From a virus (taxonomy: Duplodnaviria; Heunggongvirae; Uroviricota; Caudoviricetes): a stretch of 64,000 nucleotides of DNA. Within the stretch, counting starts at the first letter, position 1, and every line of letters begins with the position of its first letter. The stretch spans positions 179,595 to 243,594 of the IMG/VR virus record IMGVR_UViG_3300033405_000002; one strand, written 5' to 3'. A model generated the notes under the pieces. It was not told where the DNA came from and ran no database searches. It saw only the letters and a program-made list of their open reading frames with translations. Both the position numbers and the translations under genes were made by a program. Below, piece after piece: positions 63,938 through 64,000 of this stretch.

Positions 63938-64000
63938 ATGAGTCTTAAACTGACTTATTACGGGCAGAACGACAGCGTGAACTGCACGCCAGCCGTTTTC
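63938..64000 (+). CDS. 5' end of a downstream gene (partial)
   Basis: GGAGAAACCACTT then ATG; the ORF runs off the window. Confidence 0.3.
   Translation, partial: MSLKLTYYGQNDSVNCTPAVF

Noticed and set aside
1-64000. Global amber (TAG) stop-codon reassignment, as in genetic code 15-like recoded phages
   Set aside because: All large ORFs are intact under the standard code, and about 12 credible genes terminate with TAG. The suppressor tRNAs must act locally or conditionally instead.
1-64000. CRISPR arrays, integrase or transposase genes
   Set aside because: No regularly spaced repeat array and no recognisable integrase or transposase motifs were seen.

Overview
The window looks like a segment of a large tailed dsDNA phage genome, with GC around 55% and gene-dense, mostly + strand organisation. 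Predicted virion or structural genes sit at both flanks (69-5756 and about 39960-63727), including proteins of 1291 and 1650 aa. The centre holds an accessory region with several unusual translation-related features. (1) A circularly permuted, two-piece tmRNA gene with a G3:U70 acceptor pair. (2) Two tRNA arrays (about 11795-12893 and 16491-18089) with roughly 17 tRNA or tRNA-like genes. These include three consecutive tRNAs whose anticodon is CUA, that is, amber suppressors. Several others have aberrant anticodon arms. (3) A PTH2-like peptidyl-tRNA hydrolase gene interrupted by an in-frame TAG eight codons after a strong RBS and ATG. (4) A catalytic-domain fragment of alanyl-tRNA synthetase whose N-terminal homology is reachable only by a -1 frameshift from a short SD-ATG leader. 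(5) A family of near-identical sigma70-type promoters (TGGACA or TAGCCA, 18-nt spacer, cagTATAAT or cagTATACT) placed before the tmRNA, the PTH2-like gene, tRNA array 2 and other short leader ORFs. (6) A Thr/Gln/Ile-rich leader peptide followed by a terminator, placed immediately upstream of an array that encodes only Ile, Thr and Gln tRNAs. TAG is still used as an ordinary stop codon in about a dozen genes, so the genome is not globally recoded. Other content includes a GT2 processive polysaccharide-synthase module with HlyD-like and secreted partners, a NadV plus NadM-Nudix NAD+ salvage pair, a PP2C phosphatase, a UvrD helicase, an AAA+ ATPase, SPFH, TonB-C and OmpA-like envelope proteins, a ParB-like protein, and a 114-bp perfect direct repeat that creates a small ORF copying part of the upstream gene. 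All calls rest on visual motif recognition; no searches were run.
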